Notes under the pieces: generated by a model
What the model saw: only the letters and a program-made list of their open reading frames with translations
Databases searched by the model: none
What the model was told of the DNA's origin: nothing
Source of the DNA: Erysipelotrichaceae bacterium OH741_COT-311
Lineage (GTDB): Bacteria; Bacillota_I; Bacilli_A; Erysipelotrichales; Erysipelotrichaceae
Length of the DNA stretch: 32,000 nucleotides
Reading direction: 5' to 3'
NCBI GenBank assembly: GCA_003858585.1
Contig: RQZE01000002.1
Span: 30,001-62,000, forward strand
Part shown: positions 15,411-23,700 of the stretch, piece by piece
How the letters are laid out: each line of letters begins with the position of its first letter
Numbering within the stretch: the first letter of the stretch is position 1
Made by a program: the position numbers and the translations under genes

Positions 15411-16500
15411 TTTCAACACCAACAGTCAAACTTTGTTCATCATGGGCATCAAAAACATTGATTTTTTCTTTTTTAATCGCCAGTTTAATCGTTGTACCAT
15501 TTTCAATAATATTATTGATAGAGGATTCTTGAATCACTTCTATTTTTTGATTTGTTTCTTTTAAATGAATAAAATAGTGTGTATTTAGACCCAAAAATAC
15601 ACTGGAATCTACGACTGCTTCAATTCCTTCATCACTAATATAAAACTCTTCCGGACGAATGGATACTTTGACTTCTTGATTTTTTGTAATAGTAGGGTTT
15701 ATCGTATCAATCTCTACTTCGTAAGAATCTGTTAATTTCAGATAATGTTTATGATTTTGATACAGTAAGGTTGCGTTTACTACATTTGTTCGTCCGATAA
15801 ATGTTGCAACAAATAAATTTGCAGGTCTTTGATATAAGTTCTTTGGTGTTCCAATGTGTTGAATCACCCCATGTTTCATAACAGCGATACGATCTGAGAT
15901 TGCCATGGCTTCTTCTTGGTCATGGGTAACATAAACCGTAGTAATACCGACTTCCTTTTGGATATCTTTGATAGCCGTACGCATTTCTACTCTTAGTTTT
16001 GCATCTAAATTACTTAAAGGTTCATCCATAAGCAATACATCCGGTTTAATAACTAAAGCACGTGCCAAAGCAACTCTTTGCTGTTGACCTCCGGATAAAC
16101 GATCTGGCATACGATCTTTAAATACATCAATTTGCATGAGTTTTAAAAAGGTATCAGTATCTTTTTCAATTTTATCTTTTGACAATTTTCGATTTTTTAA
16201 TCCGAAAGCTACATTATCTTTCACGCTTAGGTGTGGGAAGATAGCGTAATTTTGGAAAACCATTCCGATGTTTCGTTTTCCGGGATCAATGTCATTGATT
16301 TTTGTAGTTTCAAAATAGAAATCTCCCCCTTCAATACTATTAAATCCGGCTATCATTCGTAAGAGAGTTGTTTTCCCACATCCACTAGGACCAAGAAGGG
16401 TGAATAATTCACCCTTCTTAATATCTAATGATAAGTCTTGGATTATTGTGTTATTTCCGTATTTTTTTACAGCATTTCTAATTTTTATATTAACACTCAT
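15400..16500 (-). CDS. ABC importer ATP-binding protein (PotA/FbpC/AfuC type with a C-terminal regulatory/TOBE-like domain)
   Basis: 366 aa. Motifs present are Walker A GPSGCGKTT, Q-loop MVFQNYAIFPH, signature LSGGQQQRVALARAL, Walker B VLLMDEPLSNLD and H-loop YVTHDQEEA. Confidence 0.92.
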   Translation of the reverse strand: MSVNIKIRNAVKKYGNNTIIQDLSLDIKKGELFTLLGPSGCGKTTLLRMIAGFNSIEGGDFYFETTKINDIDPGKRNIGMVFQNYAIFPHLSVKDNVAFGLKNRKLSKDKIEKDTDTFLKLMQIDVFKDRMPDRLSGGQQQRVALARALVIKPDVLLMDEPLSNLDAKLRVEMRTAIKDIQKEVGITTVYVTHDQEEAMAISDRIAVMKHGVIQHIGTPKNLYQRPANLFVATFIGRTNVVNATLLYQNHKHYLKLTDSYEVEIDTINPTITKNQEVKVSIRPEEFYISDEGIEAVVDSSVFLGLNTHYFIHLKETNQKIEVIQESSINNIIENGTTIKLAIKKEKINVFDAHDEQSLTVGVENEK

Positions 16501-16512
16501 TTCAATCCTCCA

Positions 16513-17553
16513 CTATTTTTGAAGTGATGCAAATAAATCTGTATATTTACTGCTTAATTCTCCCTTATGGGCATTGACCCATTCACGGTCTTCTTCTAGA
16601 ACTTTAATTTGTGCTATTGGAGTCATGTAATCGGCTGTTTTTGCACTTTCTAGAACCGGTCTATTTGTTAATGTTGTACCAAAAATATCTTGTACTTCAG
16701 GAGTCTGTAAGAAGTCGATGAATTTTTTTGCATTTTCTAAGTTTTTTGCATTTTTCACGATGCCGGAAGTAGCTGGAAGATAAACTACACCTTCACTTGG
16801 ATATACCACTTCAACATTTGCTCCATCACGTACTAATTGTGCACATGGATCTTCATAAGATAATCCAACAACCATTTCTCCATCTGCAACTGATTTATAA
16901 ACTGCACTTGAACCGGAAGCTACCTTTCCATCAAGTTGTTGAATTAATTTTCCAACATAGTCCCATGCTTCTTCTGATTCATATCCACCTTTCGCTAATA
17001 GAATATTTGTAAGTTGTGCAAAGGCACTTGAAGAGTTTGCAGGATCTCCCATTGCGATTTTTCCTTTAAGAGCAGGGTTTAATAAATCTTCATAACTTTC
17101 AATTTTAATATCTTTTGCTAATTCTTTATTTACGATAAGAACGCTTCCATCCAACACGTAACTTGTTGTAAAGCCTGATTTGTTACGATAAGCTTCCGGA
17201 AGTGTGTTGTCATTTGTAGAAACATAAGTTTCCCACAAATCTGGATTTGAGATGTATTGAGAATGTGCTCCACCGAATAATACATCGGCATATGGATCAT
17301 CTTTTTCAGATTGTAAACGTTTAATCAATTCTCCTGTTCCTGCCTGAATGACTTCTACTTTTACTCCATAAGTTTTTTCGAATAAAGGAACAACGGAATT
17401 CATTAGACCTTCACTGTTTGGAGAATAAATTACAAGTTTATCACTTGCCGTAGGTGTATCGTTACCGGTATCCTCCTTTTTTGAATCTTTAGAGCATGCC
17501 ACCAAAGAAATCATCAATAGTGCACATACCATCAATTTCATAATATGTTTCAT
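16513..17553 (-). CDS. Lipoprotein substrate-binding protein of the ABC importer (AfuA/FbpA-like, COG1840-type)
   Basis: 346 aa. A lipobox is present (LVAC, Cys20). The mature start KLVIYSPNSEGLMNSVVPLFEKTYGVKVEVIQAGTGELIKRLQSEKDDPYADVLFGG is typical of the Fe3+/Afu-type SBP family. No adjacent Tyr-Tyr dipeptide occurs anywhere in the protein. Confidence 0.85.
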   Translation of the reverse strand: MKHIMKLMVCALLMISLVACSKDSKKEDTGNDTPTASDKLVIYSPNSEGLMNSVVPLFEKTYGVKVEVIQAGTGELIKRLQSEKDDPYADVLFGGAHSQYISNPDLWETYVSTNDNTLPEAYRNKSGFTTSYVLDGSVLIVNKELAKDIKIESYEDLLNPALKGKIAMGDPANSSSAFAQLTNILLAKGGYESEEAWDYVGKLIQQLDGKVASGSSAVYKSVADGEMVVGLSYEDPCAQLVRDGANVEVVYPSEGVVYLPATSGIVKNAKNLENAKKFIDFLQTPEVQDIFGTTLTNRPVLESAKTADYMTPIAQIKVLEEDREWVNAHKGELSSKYTDLFASLQK

Positions 17554-17574
17554 AGTTTCCTCCTTCTTTCTTTG

Positions 17575-17603
17575 ATTATAAAAATAATGTAAGCGCTTTT
17601 AAA
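17575..17603 (-). promoter_or_regulatory. Candidate promoter of the ABC importer operon
   Basis: On the minus strand there is a -10 TATAAT (17580-17575), a 17-nt spacer and a weak -35 TTTAAA (17603-17598). A weak -35 fits an activator-dependent promoter. The RBS GAAGGAGGAAAC lies just upstream of the ATG at 17553. Confidence 0.4.
17588..17601. promoter_or_regulatory. cre-like (CcpA-type) operator overlapping the ABC operon promoter
   Basis: TGTAAGCGCTTTTA differs from the consensus TGWAANCGNTNWCA at one position. It lies in the spacer/-35 region of the predicted promoter. Confidence 0.5.
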
Positions 17604-17621
17604 TACCAAAAAACAACAAGA

Positions 17622-17661
17622 TTGGGGAAAATAAAACAAAAACAGCTAGAGTACTAGCTGT
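17622..17661 (-). terminator. Rho-independent terminator after the two-component system genes
   Basis: On the minus strand, ACAGCTAG-tact-CTAGCTGT is followed by TTTTTGTTTTATTTT. The stem overlaps the last codons of the response regulator gene. Confidence 0.75.
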
Positions 17662-18422
17662 TGAAAACTTTTTACGGAACATCCGATGTATTTATGAAAG
17701 ACTTGATTGAAATATTTATAATCTTTAAATCCACACATTGTAGCAATTTTATATAGGGGATATTCGTTGGTTTTAATAAACTCTAATGCCTTTAGTATAC
17801 GAAAACGATTTACATAATCGGAGAAGGTAGTACCAATTTCTTCTTTAAATTTATAGTTTAAAAAACTTGCGCTACAGTTTAAAAACTCTGTGAGATCTTC
17901 GATAATAATTTTTTCATTATAGTGTTGATTAATATAATCCAGTGTTTTGGCAATTTCAGGTGATTTGTTATCAAAGGAGATTTGATGTTTTTTTAAGACA
18001 GTTGCGGTTGTATGTTGATGATTTTTGATAGTTTGTAATTCATATGCTTTTTGCATTTCAATCTGTTGAATTGCTTGCTTTAGAGCATGCTTCAGCTCAG
18101 TGTAATCAATAGGCTTTAGAAGATATTCGACAATGCCATACTTTATAGCTTCCTTGGCATATTCGAATTCACTATAGCCAGAAATGATGATAGGTTTATA
18201 TTTTAAATGATATGTTTCTTTTAACATATCAATACCATTTTTTAATGGCATAGTAACATCGGTAATTACAATATCCGGTGAAAGTTCTTCAATTAATGCT
18301 TGTCCTTTAATTCCATCGGCAGCTTCAGCAATGACATTACAGTTGATACTTTGCCAATTAAAACTGTAAATCAATGCTTTACGAATTAAACTTTCATCTT
18401 CTACAATCAATACTTTATACAT
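17646..18422 (-). CDS. Response regulator with an AraC-type HTH output domain (YesN/HptR-like)
   Basis: The receiver domain reads MYKVLIVEDE...DIVITDVTMP...PIIISGYSEFEYAKEAIKYG. The C-terminal AraC HTH reads FSDYVNRFRILKALEFIKT...MCGFKDYKYFNQVFHKYIG. I favour the ATG at 18422, behind AGGAG and overlapping the kinase stop as ATGTATAA. The 12-aa extension in the track is unlikely. Confidence 0.9.
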   Translation of the reverse strand: MYKVLIVEDESLIRKALIYSFNWQSINCNVIAEAADGIKGQALIEELSPDIVITDVTMPLKNGIDMLKETYHLKYKPIIISGYSEFEYAKEAIKYGIVEYLLKPIDYTELKHALKQAIQQIEMQKAYELQTIKNHQHTTATVLKKHQISFDNKSPEIAKTLDYINQHYNEKIIIEDLTEFLNCSASFLNYKFKEEIGTTFSDYVNRFRILKALEFIKTNEYPLYKIATMCGFKDYKYFNQVFHKYIGCSVKSFQQLVL

Positions 18423-20040
18423 CTTTTCTCCTAATTCTAATGGAAATCTTTGTTCCAATATGTTGATATGAATTTATTGTTAACTCTGCATCTTGTTTGT
18501 ATAAAAGCTGTAAACGTTTGTATACATTTGATAGCCCGATATGATTGGTATCTTTATCTAAATTGCTGATCAAATGGTCAAGTTGTTGCTTACTCATGCC
18601 TTCACCGTTATCTTCAAGTTCAATAACCAAGTCTTCATCAATGAGATCTACACTAATCCATATCGTTAAATGATCTTTTGTTTTAAAGTTATGCTTAATA
18701 CTGTTTTCAATCAGAGGTTGAAGAATGAGCTTGGGAATTTTTACTTGATGACATCGTTCGTCAATTTTAATAATGTATTCAAAACGATCTTCAAAACGTA
18801 ACTTAATAATTTCTAAGAAATTTTTGATATAGTTAAAATCATCAATAAATAATACTTGCTGATTATTTAAAGAAATGGAATAACGTAGAATGTTTGTAAG
18901 TTTTAAGATTAAATCATTCGCAGCGTAAGTATCTACAAAAAGTAAACATCTAAGAGTTTCTAAGGTATTATATAGAAAGTGAGGATTAAATTGTGCTTGT
19001 AATTGCTTAAGTTCTATTTGTTGACCTAAGATTAAAAGTTTTTGATTATTATCGGCTAAGGTTTTGATTTCTTCTAATAGTTCATTCATGTTGTTAGCGA
19101 TGGTTTCAAATTCATCATTCGTATGTATGGTAAGGTGGGTTAGATTTTGTGTTTTTATTTGTTGGAGCTGTGTTAGAAACAATTCTAATGATGTTGTTGT
19201 ATGGATGGATATTTTCTTAGAATAGTAGTGGAGCAAGATAGTAGATAGCAAAAAGGAAAATAAGGCAATTACTACTAAGGATTCTATATTAAATAATGTA
19301 TCTTTGCGTACTAAAGTGATCAAACTAATATTGGTTACAATGGGAGTTTTTCTTACTAAATAATTGGAGTTGTTAATGGTAATTTGGTTTTTATGATATT
19401 GCTTTCGCTGTTGGTTTAAAAACGTGTTACTGGAAATAATAATATGATCGTTTTCATCTACAATTAAAAAATTATCAAGAGTCTTGGTTTGTAGATGAGC
19501 AAGCAAGTCGGCGTCCTTCAAGTAATACATTACATAGCCTAAATGATCCAACTTACTGCTGTAAATTAAATATTGATTGTTTGAATTTTCGATGTTGGAA
19601 TGGTAGCTATCCATTTTTTGATTATGTTGTAAGTTTTTTAAAAAAATCATTTGATAGTTTTTATCAATAGAATCAAAAGAATTTGTAAAACTACTAAAGA
19701 TAACTTCTTTTTGTTCATTAAAAAGAACAAGATGATATTTCAGGTTAGAAGCATTCAAAAGGGATAGTTCTTGATATAAAGGATATGTGTCATCTTGCAT
19801 GGTAAAGAAATGATGTAAACGGGAATCATGTTGAAAACGTTCCGTACTTTTTTCAAGATTTAAAAAAATATCTTTAAACTGTGTTTTAATAATAGATTGA
19901 GTTGTTAGTATTTTTTTATTCAAATTTATATGATCATAATAAGCACTAAAAAAATAAAGAATTGTAATGACAGCAATGACCATTAAAAATCCAATATATA
20001 GAATGCGCTTTCGCAATTTTTCTTGAGAAGTCAATTTCAT
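18415..20040 (-). CDS. Sensor histidine kinase, YesM/LytS-type (HptS-like), with an extracytoplasmic sensor domain
   Basis: 541 aa. Two TM helices (ILYIGFLMVIAVITILYFF and LVVIALFSFLLSTILLHYY) bracket a roughly 220-aa external domain. The H-box FNPHFLYNTLETL matches the PF06580 type. HATPase motifs are present (LQPLIENSIKHNF, DNGEGM, IGLSNVYKRLQLLY). Confidence 0.9.
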   Translation of the reverse strand: MKLTSQEKLRKRILYIGFLMVIAVITILYFFSAYYDHINLNKKILTTQSIIKTQFKDIFLNLEKSTERFQHDSRLHHFFTMQDDTYPLYQELSLLNASNLKYHLVLFNEQKEVIFSSFTNSFDSIDKNYQMIFLKNLQHNQKMDSYHSNIENSNNQYLIYSSKLDHLGYVMYYLKDADLLAHLQTKTLDNFLIVDENDHIIISSNTFLNQQRKQYHKNQITINNSNYLVRKTPIVTNISLITLVRKDTLFNIESLVVIALFSFLLSTILLHYYSKKISIHTTTSLELFLTQLQQIKTQNLTHLTIHTNDEFETIANNMNELLEEIKTLADNNQKLLILGQQIELKQLQAQFNPHFLYNTLETLRCLLFVDTYAANDLILKLTNILRYSISLNNQQVLFIDDFNYIKNFLEIIKLRFEDRFEYIIKIDERCHQVKIPKLILQPLIENSIKHNFKTKDHLTIWISVDLIDEDLVIELEDNGEGMSKQQLDHLISNLDKDTNHIGLSNVYKRLQLLYKQDAELTINSYQHIGTKISIRIRRKDV

Positions 20041-20154
20041 ATCTTGATTATATCATTTTCCGATGTATTTACCTATGAAAGAAGCCATCTTTTAAACGCA
20101 GTTGCTGTTCATTTTTGATCGTAGTACACTTTAAATGTAGACGGAAAGGATGGA

Positions 20155-20556
20155 ATGATGAAATTATTTGTTTATGGTACATTACGTAAAGGAGCAAGAG
20201 CATATGATGAATATTTAGGGAAGTATGTTTTAAAAAGATATCCGGCATTTGTAAAGGGTGAGCTTTATCAAGTGAAAAATGGTAATTATCCTGCTTTATT
20301 GCAAGGATCTCGTTTTATTTTGGGGGATGTTTTTGAACTTGCACAAGAGTTTGATTTTAGAAAGTTGGATAGCTATGAAGGTTATTATGGAGAGAACAAT
20401 CCAAACAATCTTTATCATAGGGTGATAATGGATGTTTATGATGAAAATAAACAATGGTTTGGAAAGGCATATTGTTATCTTTATAATGTTGATGAAGAGG
20501 AAGCATTTCTTCAGTTAGACTACTTAATTGAAAGTGACGATTTTTTAAATCAATAG
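20155..20556 (+). CDS. Gamma-glutamylcyclotransferase-family (AIG2/GGACT-like) protein
   Basis: 133 aa with an N-terminal LFVYGTLRKG (the YGTL motif) and DSYEGYYG. An alternative ATG at 20158 has better spacing to AGGA at 20147-20150. Confidence 0.8.
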   Translation: MMKLFVYGTLRKGARAYDEYLGKYVLKRYPAFVKGELYQVKNGNYPALLQGSRFILGDVFELAQEFDFRKLDSYEGYYGENNPNNLYHRVIMDVYDENKQWFGKAYCYLYNVDEEEAFLQLDYLIESDDFLNQ

Positions 20557-20566
20557 CGGTAAGAAA

Positions 20567-20592
20567 TACGGTATAGAAGTACCGTTTTTTTA
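20567..20592 (+). terminator. Rho-independent terminator after the GGCT-like gene
   Basis: ACGGTA-tagaag-TACCGT followed by TTTTTTT. Confidence 0.7.
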
Positions 20593-20610
20593 GTTATAAT
20601 AGTAAAACAT

Positions 20611-20640
20611 TTGTATTTTAAAACGACGTATTTATACAAT
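20611..20640 (+). promoter_or_regulatory. Sigma-A-type promoter of the GH20 gene
   Basis: -35 TTGTAT (20611-20616), an 18-nt spacer, then -10 TACAAT (20635-20640). Confidence 0.5.
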
Positions 20641-20653
20641 TTAACAAAAATAA

Positions 20654-20667
20654 TGTAAACGCTTTGA
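20654..20667. promoter_or_regulatory. cre-like (CcpA-type) operator in the GH20 leader
   Basis: TGTAAACGCTTTGA differs from TGWAANCGNTNWCA at one position. It sits just downstream of the predicted -10, in a roadblock position. Confidence 0.5.
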
Positions 20668-20711
20668 TTGTAAAAACTTTCTGTGTAGAATATAAAATAA
20701 GAGGTGAATGT

Positions 20712-23700
20712 ATGGGAAGAAAACTAATGAAATTTATGCTTTCGCTGGCATTGCTGATGGCCATGATTCCTTTGAATAATCTGGCAGTTTCTGTCTATGC
20801 CAAAGAAGAAGTAAACCTTGCGCTGAATAAGCCGGTTACTGCAAGTGGTGAAGATGCAGAGTATGGCTTTTTAGCTAGCAAAGCTGTAGATGGCATTGTT
20901 AATCAAGAAAAAGCAGATCGTTGGGCATATGAAATGCAACCTCCACAATTCTTAAGAGTGGATTTGGAAAGCAAAAGTGAAATCAAAGGATTTCGTATTG
21001 TTGCTGAAAATGATAACGATCAACGTATTGGTCAATTTAAAATTGAAGGATCAAATGACGATCAGGAATATACGTTGATTTATCAATCAGAAGATAAATC
21101 AACAGAAGGATATCCGGGCGATTTACAGTTCTCAGTTGATGGCGATCACCAATATCGCTTTGTAAAGATTACGATTGAAAAGTTAAAACATGGAGCTTAT
21201 CCAAGCGTTTCGCTTAGAGAGTTTGAAGTGCGAGGCTATCAACCAGATTCAACAGAACCAACGGTAGATCTTAATTCATTTGATAATCTTGCACTCAATA
21301 AAAATGTAGTAGCAAGTGGTGAAGATGTACAATATGGTTTTGCAGCTAGCAAAGCGGTAGATGGTATTGTGAATGATGATTCCAAGGCTCGTTGGGCTTA
21401 TGAACAAGCTGCTCCACAGTTTTTAAGAGTAGATTTGGAAAAAATTAGTGAACTTAAAGGGTTTCGTATTGTCAGTGAAAATGATGGTGCTCAACGCATC
21501 GGTCAATTTAAAATAGAAGGTTCCAATAATGATCGAGATTATACCTTAATTTATCAATCGGAAGATAAATCGGAAGAAGGGTTTGTACAAGACTATCGTT
21601 TTGTAGTGGATGGAAATCATCAGTATCGCTATGTGAAAATTACTATTGAAAAATTAAAACATGGAGCATATCCAAGCATTTCATTAAGAGAGTTTGAAGT
21701 GCGAGGAATTCTAGGTAGTGATACAGGTGAAAGTACACCAAGTTCATATACAAATATTGCAAAAGGGAAGACAGTTACGGCTAGCCAACAGGCAAGCCAA
21801 TACGGTATGAGTGCAGAAAAAGCGGTAGATGGTATCGTGAATGATGCAAAAAGAGATCGTTGGTCTGCTGAGGCACCTCCTGAACAGTGGTTAGAAGTAG
21901 ATTTACAAGCAAGTAGTGAAATCAAAGGATTTCGTTTAGTGTCTGAAAACGATGATACACAACGCATTGCATTGTTTAAAATTGAAGGTTCAAATAATAA
22001 AGTTGATTACGATGTATTGTATCAATCAGAAGATAAATTTGAAGAGGGGTATCCTCAAGATACATCGTTTTCGGTAGATGTGAAAAAGCACTATCGTTAT
22101 ATTAAGGTAAGCGTTCAAAAAATGAAAAAGAATGCATATCCAAGTGTTTCTTTAAGAGAATTTGAAATTATAGGTGCAATAAAAGGTGAGTTGATACAGG
22201 ATGATAATGAAAACGTTGCTCTAGGGAAGCTTGTTGTTACATCCGGGGAAGAAGCTGTAAGTTTAAATGGTAGTAAACTAGTTGATGGTGATAAAACATC
22301 ACGCAACAGTCGTTGGGCAAGTAAAACAACAGGTGCTCCGCATTGGATGTATATCGATTTAGGATCAGAGAAAAATATTAAGAGTTTACATTTATATTGG
22401 GAAGGGCGTAAGGCAACTTCCTATGAAATTCAGCTTTCTAATGATCCTGCTTTAAATGATTGGAGAAGTGTAAAGAGTTTTAATCAAATTCCAACAAACA
22501 AGTTTCAAAAAGTTGTTTTAGATCAAGTAGAACGTGCACGTTACGTGCGATTATTGGTAAATCAATTTCAATCCTTAGATCTGGATTCAGGAATTGATTG
22601 GCCAAATATTTCTTTGTACGAAGTGGAAATTTATGGTGGTGTTGGGAAAGAAACGATGAATGATGTAGCAAGTGCCATTCAAATTGAAACACCGGCATTT
22701 GGTGCGAAGAAATTACTTGTTCATTTGCCGGATTCAGAAGCATTTGATGTAAAGTACAATGGAACGGATATTGAACAAATTGTTAATGATCAGTTAGAAA
22801 TTTATCAACCATTTGTAGATAAAACGGTAAAAGTTTCTTTTAAGATTACCAATAAAGCTACAAAAGAATACGTATTTAAAGAAATTCCGGTAACGGTATT
22901 AGGAAAGTATCGTGATCAATTGGGTAGTAACCAAGCTCCAAATGTTCTTCCGGAAGTTAGTGAATGGGTTGGTAAAGAAGGTGTTTATCAAATTCAAGAT
23001 ACAACGAAGGTTGTTGTTTTAGATCCTCGTTTACAAGAAGTGGCACAAGTATTTATTAATGATTATAAAGATTTAACAGGGAATACTTTATCGCTGGCTA
23101 CACAAGCGAAAGCAGGAGATATTGTATTTACAATGACAAATGATGCTTCTTTTGGTTTGCAAAAAGAAGGATATATCTTGGATGTAGAAGATCAAGTAAC
23201 AATTACTGCCTATGATACGGTTGGGGCTTTTTGGGCAACCAGAACGATTTTACAAAGTATTTTACATGACCAACAGCTACCTAAGGGTATTGTGCGTGAT
23301 TACCCATTGTATGCAGTACGAGGATTTATTTTAGATGTTGGTCGTAAGACATTTACATTAGAATATTTAAAACAAGTGGTTAAGTTAATGGCTTGGTATA
23401 AGCTCAATGATTTTCATATCCACTTAAATGATAATTTAATTCCACTTGAAAATTATTCAAGAGCAAATAAAGATCCAATGACAGCCTATTCAGGATTCCG
23501 TTTAGAGTCAGATATCAAACAAGGTGGAGAAAATGGATTATATCAAGCAGATCTAACAAGCAAAGATGTTTGGTATTCAAAAGAAGATTTTAAACAATTC
23601 ATTCATGAATCACGTATTTATGGTGTTCAAATTGTTCCTGAAATTGACACTCCAGCCCATTCATTGGCACTAACAAAAGTCAGACCGGATTTAAGACATG

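Noticed and set aside
17554-17645. A possible TPP or other riboswitch upstream of the ThiP/AfuB-type ABC operon.
   Set aside because: Only about 92 nt are available, and these are already occupied by the upstream terminator, a promoter and the RBS. I saw no TPP-box-like CUGAGA or ACCUGA elements.
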